DNA from: Rhynchopus sp. YZ270_cl-10
Taxonomy: Eukaryota
Assembly (NCBI GenBank): GCA_964035575.1
Contig: OZ037834.1
Coordinates: 248,001-312,000 of the forward strand
DNA length: 64,000 bases
Direction of reading: 5' to 3'
Shown: piece by piece, positions 59,809-64,000 of the stretch
Numbering within the stretch: position 1 is the first letter of the stretch
How the letters are laid out: each line of letters starts with the position of its first letter
The notes under the pieces: model-generated
The model's input: only the letters and a program-made list of their open reading frames with translations
Told to the model about the DNA's origin: nothing
Database searches by the model: none
Made by a program: the position numbers and the translations under genes

Positions 59809-61178
59809 CCCTTTAGCCCCCAGGCCAGATTTTCGACCCACTTTTGAGTTTTGGTTTTTGGGGCTCTGCAACCGGTAAGGGGACCCCAGATGCAAATTTT
59901 TGATCGTACCTGGCCGCAATTGATAGATTTTGAACACGGCTTTCAATTCCATTTTTTTAAGTTTTTTTTCGAAAAAAAATGTTATCCCCAAAATGAGGTA
60001 AGCATAAAATTGACCTTTTGATTTTTTATTCTCTCTACCTGCCGAGACAACCCTAGTAAATTATTGCCGCCCAAAAACTGCTTTATTTGAAAGATTCGCC
60101 ACAGAATCTTTTCAAAGAAAAAAAAATCGAGCAAAAAGTCCACGTAGAACCCAACTTAGATGAGGGTAGCTCTGTTAGCAGCATGTCTAAAAATCGATTT
60201 CCCTAACGATTTACACTGAAACACCACTACACAACGTAAAAATGCGATTTTTTCACGTTTTTGGGCATCTACAGGTCCGAAACACCCCCAGAATGGGTCA
60301 GAACGACCCTGTGTGCCGAAAATTCACAAAAAAATCACCCTAAAATACGAAAAAATAGTGAAAACCCCGGTTTATAGTGTGTTTTGGGTGGGAATATGGC
60401 AAAGGATAGTCAGAAAAACAGTGGTTTTGGTGGTGGTTCTCACGGACTTCCAAAGTGCACTCAGATGCACAAAAGTTTTCGATTCTTGCTTCTTTTGACA
60501 GATTTGACATCAAATCTTTCCAAAAATGTAAAAATCTTTTCGCGAAAATGAGTAGAACCCTACTTATCAACCCACTAGCCTTACGACCTTAGCAACGTTA
60601 AAAACCATGATTTTGGTGGTAAAATCTCACCAAAATCCGAGGATATCACAGATGCATAAAAGTTTTCGATTTTTGCGTATTTTGAAAGATGCGAACGAAA
60701 TCTTTCCACACAAAAAAAGTGTTTTCACGAAAACGAGTAGAAATTTTTTGATCACATGGAGGCTCTGAAAAGTGACTTTTTCCCCGTACTTTTTCACGCT
60801 CCCCGGCATCCAAGGAAAACCCAGATGCATAAAAGTGTTCTTAGATGGCGTATTTTGAAAGATCGGTGAAAAATCTTTCAAAATATAAAAAATTGTTTTT
60901 CTGAAAATGAGTAGAACCCCAGTAATAGCCTAGTGGTATTGGGAGGGTTATTTTAGGGGGTGTTGGTCAAAAAACATGATTTTCCGTGGCAGTCCCGCCT
61001 TCTCCCCAGCATCCAAAGATATACCCGATGCACAAAACTTTTTGATTCTTGCTTCTTTTGAAAGATCGGCGCAAAATCTTTCAAAATATAAAAAATGTTT
61101 TTACGAAAATGAGTAGAACTTTTCCCATTGCTCGTCGGGATTTGCTTGGACATATATGTCCAGCTGGGGGCTAAAGGG
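59809..61178. mobile_element. Non-autonomous piggyBac-type element
   Basis: TTAA flanks, perfect 15-bp TIR CCCTTTAGCCCCCAG, and four internal repeats of about 190 bp (near 60460, 60648, 60822, 61025). Confidence 0.9.
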
Positions 61179-61996
61179 TTAATTAAGTACACGAGAGGCT
61201 TCGGGGCCTCTATCGGCTTATTCTTCTCGTTTGATATATTTTTTTTTGTCTGACCGATTAGAGTGAAAGTGTGAGAGCAGGGAGGGGCATACCAGATGTA
61301 AACCACGAAAATGGATTGTAGGGACAGCGTGGTTTTGGGGGTGGTGTCCCGCACCCAAAGTCAAAAAAAAAAAAAAAAAACAAGTTTTTTTTGGTCTCTG
61401 ACGTTTATTTTTTCAATTTTTCTTTCTCTTTCTCTTCTATTCTTTTATTATTTTTCTTTTCTTTTCGAGAATTTTTTTGTGGGAAAGTGGAGCTGTTTTT
61501 GGTTCACTGCACACTACTTTCAAAAAAGCTTGACTCGAAGAGAAAAGAAAAAATTGGTTTTTTTCCCCCCCTTTTTTTTTTGCTGTTTTCGAAGACCCAC
61601 CATAACTCTTGATGGGTTTTGTCGATAACAATAGAAAAACAAAAGAAAAGAAAAATGCTAACCAATAGCCATATCGTACGGCAAAGCTTTTTTTTTTAAA
61701 AAACCCCCTTTTTATTGTGGGTATTTTTTTTTTTCAGCAATGCGCTACGTGTAGCATGTTTCCTTTGTGTGGAAAGGATGCTTTGGGTATACTGTATTCG
61801 TACAAAAAAAAATTATCGGCTGTAATAATGTTCGACCTTTTCAGGATTTTTTTTTTCTCTGGAAGTTCGACCTTTTTTACGATAATTTTTTTTTTGTACG
61901 AATACGGAATGTTGTTGTTGTTTTTTTTTCATACCATATATTATTCATTTCGTTCTCTTTCTCTCTCAGTCAAACAGAGCAAAACAAAAAACAGTA

Positions 61997-62043
61997 TAGT
62001 GGAGTTCATCCTCGGGTGTCTACACTAATACAACCAAGTTTTC
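61997..62043 (+). repeat. Hairpin micro-element family A (representative copy)
   Basis: TAGTGGAGTTCATCCTCGGGTGTCTACACTAATACAACCAAGTTTTC+A(n). Copies near 12012, 14706, 14973, 19668, 27313, 40180, 41292, 45107, 45858, 46871, 54220, 55578, 55708, 56425, 59276, 62066 and 63651. Confidence 0.9.
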
Positions 62044-63231
62044 AAAAAAAAAAAAAGGGGTTTTGGTGCAGCGCATCCTCTGGGGTGGCTGCACTCCGAT
62101 AGAAACCAAGTTTATTCCTTCAAATAGAAGAACTGCTTCTTCGGGGGCGTTTTTTTTTTCCCACTCCCGGTGGGGTGTGCTGTCATTGTGTATTTCTGAT
62201 GATTTTTTTTGATTTTTTTTTGATTTTTTTATTCAAAAAAACGGCGTTTTACATGCAGCTCCTTGTAATTCTGCTTTCGTTTGAGGGGAAAAAAAGAGAG
62301 AAAAAAAGGCGAAAACTTCATCAAATTGACAAAGACACAGCCAGCCATGACTGATGTGTTGCGAAGCTCCTGTCTACAGGCTCTCCCACACATTAGGTAT
62401 CCAGGAGAATTTTTATCGACACAACAAAATTAAAAAAAAAGCATTTCTTCTTTTTCAATCACACAGACAGTTTTATCATAACATCCTTGGGGGGTGGTCC
62501 ATAGATAAATAAACCAAAGATTTGGACAGCAACACTTCAGATACTTTTTTTGAGTGCCTCTTTTAAAAAAAAAAAAATCGCAAACACATTTTTCTGCTCC
62601 TTTTGCATAAGAAACGATAGTTGTGTGGTGCTTTCGGAAAAGCAGTCAGCGACCTGTCAATATCAGGGGGGAGGTGTCTATAAAGTCCTTGTGTCAACGA
62701 CCTGTCAGTGACCTGTCAATATCGACCCCTCCCCGGAGCACCATTGTGAAACGTTTTTTTTTTTTTAAACCATCAGAAGATGGCATGCACAGTGTTGTAT
62801 ACCCCCTTACTCACTTTCTTCCTCTCTGTCTCTCTCCCTCTCTCTCTCTCTCCCAAGCAAAATTCCTGTCCCACCGTCGCTAGAATGCAAAAAAATGTAA
62901 AAAAAACAAAACAAAAAATGGGGATTTATATTTGTTAGGGGGTGTGTTCCGGGGGGTGTCTGAATGCCGAATTTTTTTTTCATTTTTCAATTCACAACTC
63001 TTTTCGCAACAATATGGTACACAGACTGTGTTGTGAAAAAAAGTTGTGGAACTGGTACTCCCGACGCAAGAAGTACGCAATATGTACGCAAAGGACCAGT
63101 TTCAGGAGTACCAGGAACCTTTCGTGAAAAAGGTTGTTGGGAGAGAGTTGTGAAATCTGATGCCCCCGGAACACACTTTTATTTGTTGCAAAAAAAAAAA
63201 AAAAAAAAATGTTCAAACACGTTAGCGGTTA

Positions 63232-63344
63232 CAGTGGGGCATTATTACGGACGCGGTTTATTACCAGTAGGTAGTAACTTAATTATGGGTAGCTATAGGA
63301 GTTACCCATAATTAGGCATACCCGTCATATAGCGCCCCCCACTG
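63232..63344. mobile_element. MITE, TA-CAGTGGGG...CCCCACTG-TA (Tc1/mariner-type) with an internal hairpin
   Basis: TA flanks, CAGTGGGG ends and an internal TAATTATGGGTA / TACCCATAATTA stem. Confidence 0.7.
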
Positions 63345-64000
63345 TATATGTGCTGATTCATCATCATGTCACTTTCTTGCAAAAAAAAAAAAAATATTGT
63401 TGTGTGCGTTCTGTGTTATTCCTTACAGTGAACGCAATATGACATTTTTTTTTTTTCAAGTTTTCTTTCTTTGGACTCTGTTGCAGCAAAATACAACCCC
63501 ATCTGTTTTGTTTTTTTTATTTTGATAGCATTTTTTTTATATTTGTGAAGATTGAAGGTTCTTTCTTCATCTAAAAAGATAGTTGCTCTTTCGGGTTGGA
63601 GACGGTCTACGTCTTTCCCGTAGTACAAAAACAAAAAAAAAAAGACAGTTGGTGGAGCACACTCTAGGGTGGCTACACTAATACAACCAAGTTTTCAAAA
63701 AGACAAAAAAAAAACAAAAAAGGCTTCAGACAAAACATTGAGTACAGACCCTAAAGTAACTCACTAAGGAAAAGCTCGGTTTTTTTTCATAAAAACCCCA
63801 TCCGTTATTGTTACGTTGTAACAACACTAAGGTGGGTACAATGTACAACTGATTTGTCGTTTTTCAACAAGAAATCGGCTTTTCACAGAAAAGAGGTCAA
63901 CTACGTTCAATGAAATGCCCTCACTGGGTAGGGTATGGAATGACGCGACAATTTCCCCCCACATCCCATTTTCCCAATGCGAGATTTTTCTTCATTTTTT

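Noticed and set aside
40000..64000. Many 60-200 aa K/F-rich ORFs
   Set aside because: Products of poly(A)/poly(T) tracts and repeats with no coding signal.

Overview
Eukaryotic, repeat-rich window, most consistent with a euglenozoan (diplonemid-like) nuclear genome. This is an inference from sparse, apparently intronless genes all on the + strand, upstream polypyrimidine tracts and the gene families present. About nine credible + strand genes: a cluster of three 25-aa-repeat LRR genes (one B-box+Ubl+LRR, one Ubl+LRR, one 5'-truncated duplicate), a membrane protein, a D/D-domain-GST fusion, a Ser/Pro-rich protein, a Nudix hydrolase, a membrane adenylate cyclase and a Ser/Thr kinase. The intergenic DNA is dense with non-autonomous DNA transposons that have readable TIRs and TSDs (hAT-, piggyBac-, Kolobok- and Tc1/mariner-like, plus a TG...CA group with 5-bp TSDs that carries microsatellites). 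It also holds an LSU rRNA fragment, a decayed RNase H, and dozens of 40-150 bp hairpin micro-elements. These micro-elements show compensatory base changes and one orientation per family, and one family is physically linked to a motif resembling the hammerhead ribozyme core. All coordinates and counts were read by eye; no database searches or folding programs were run.
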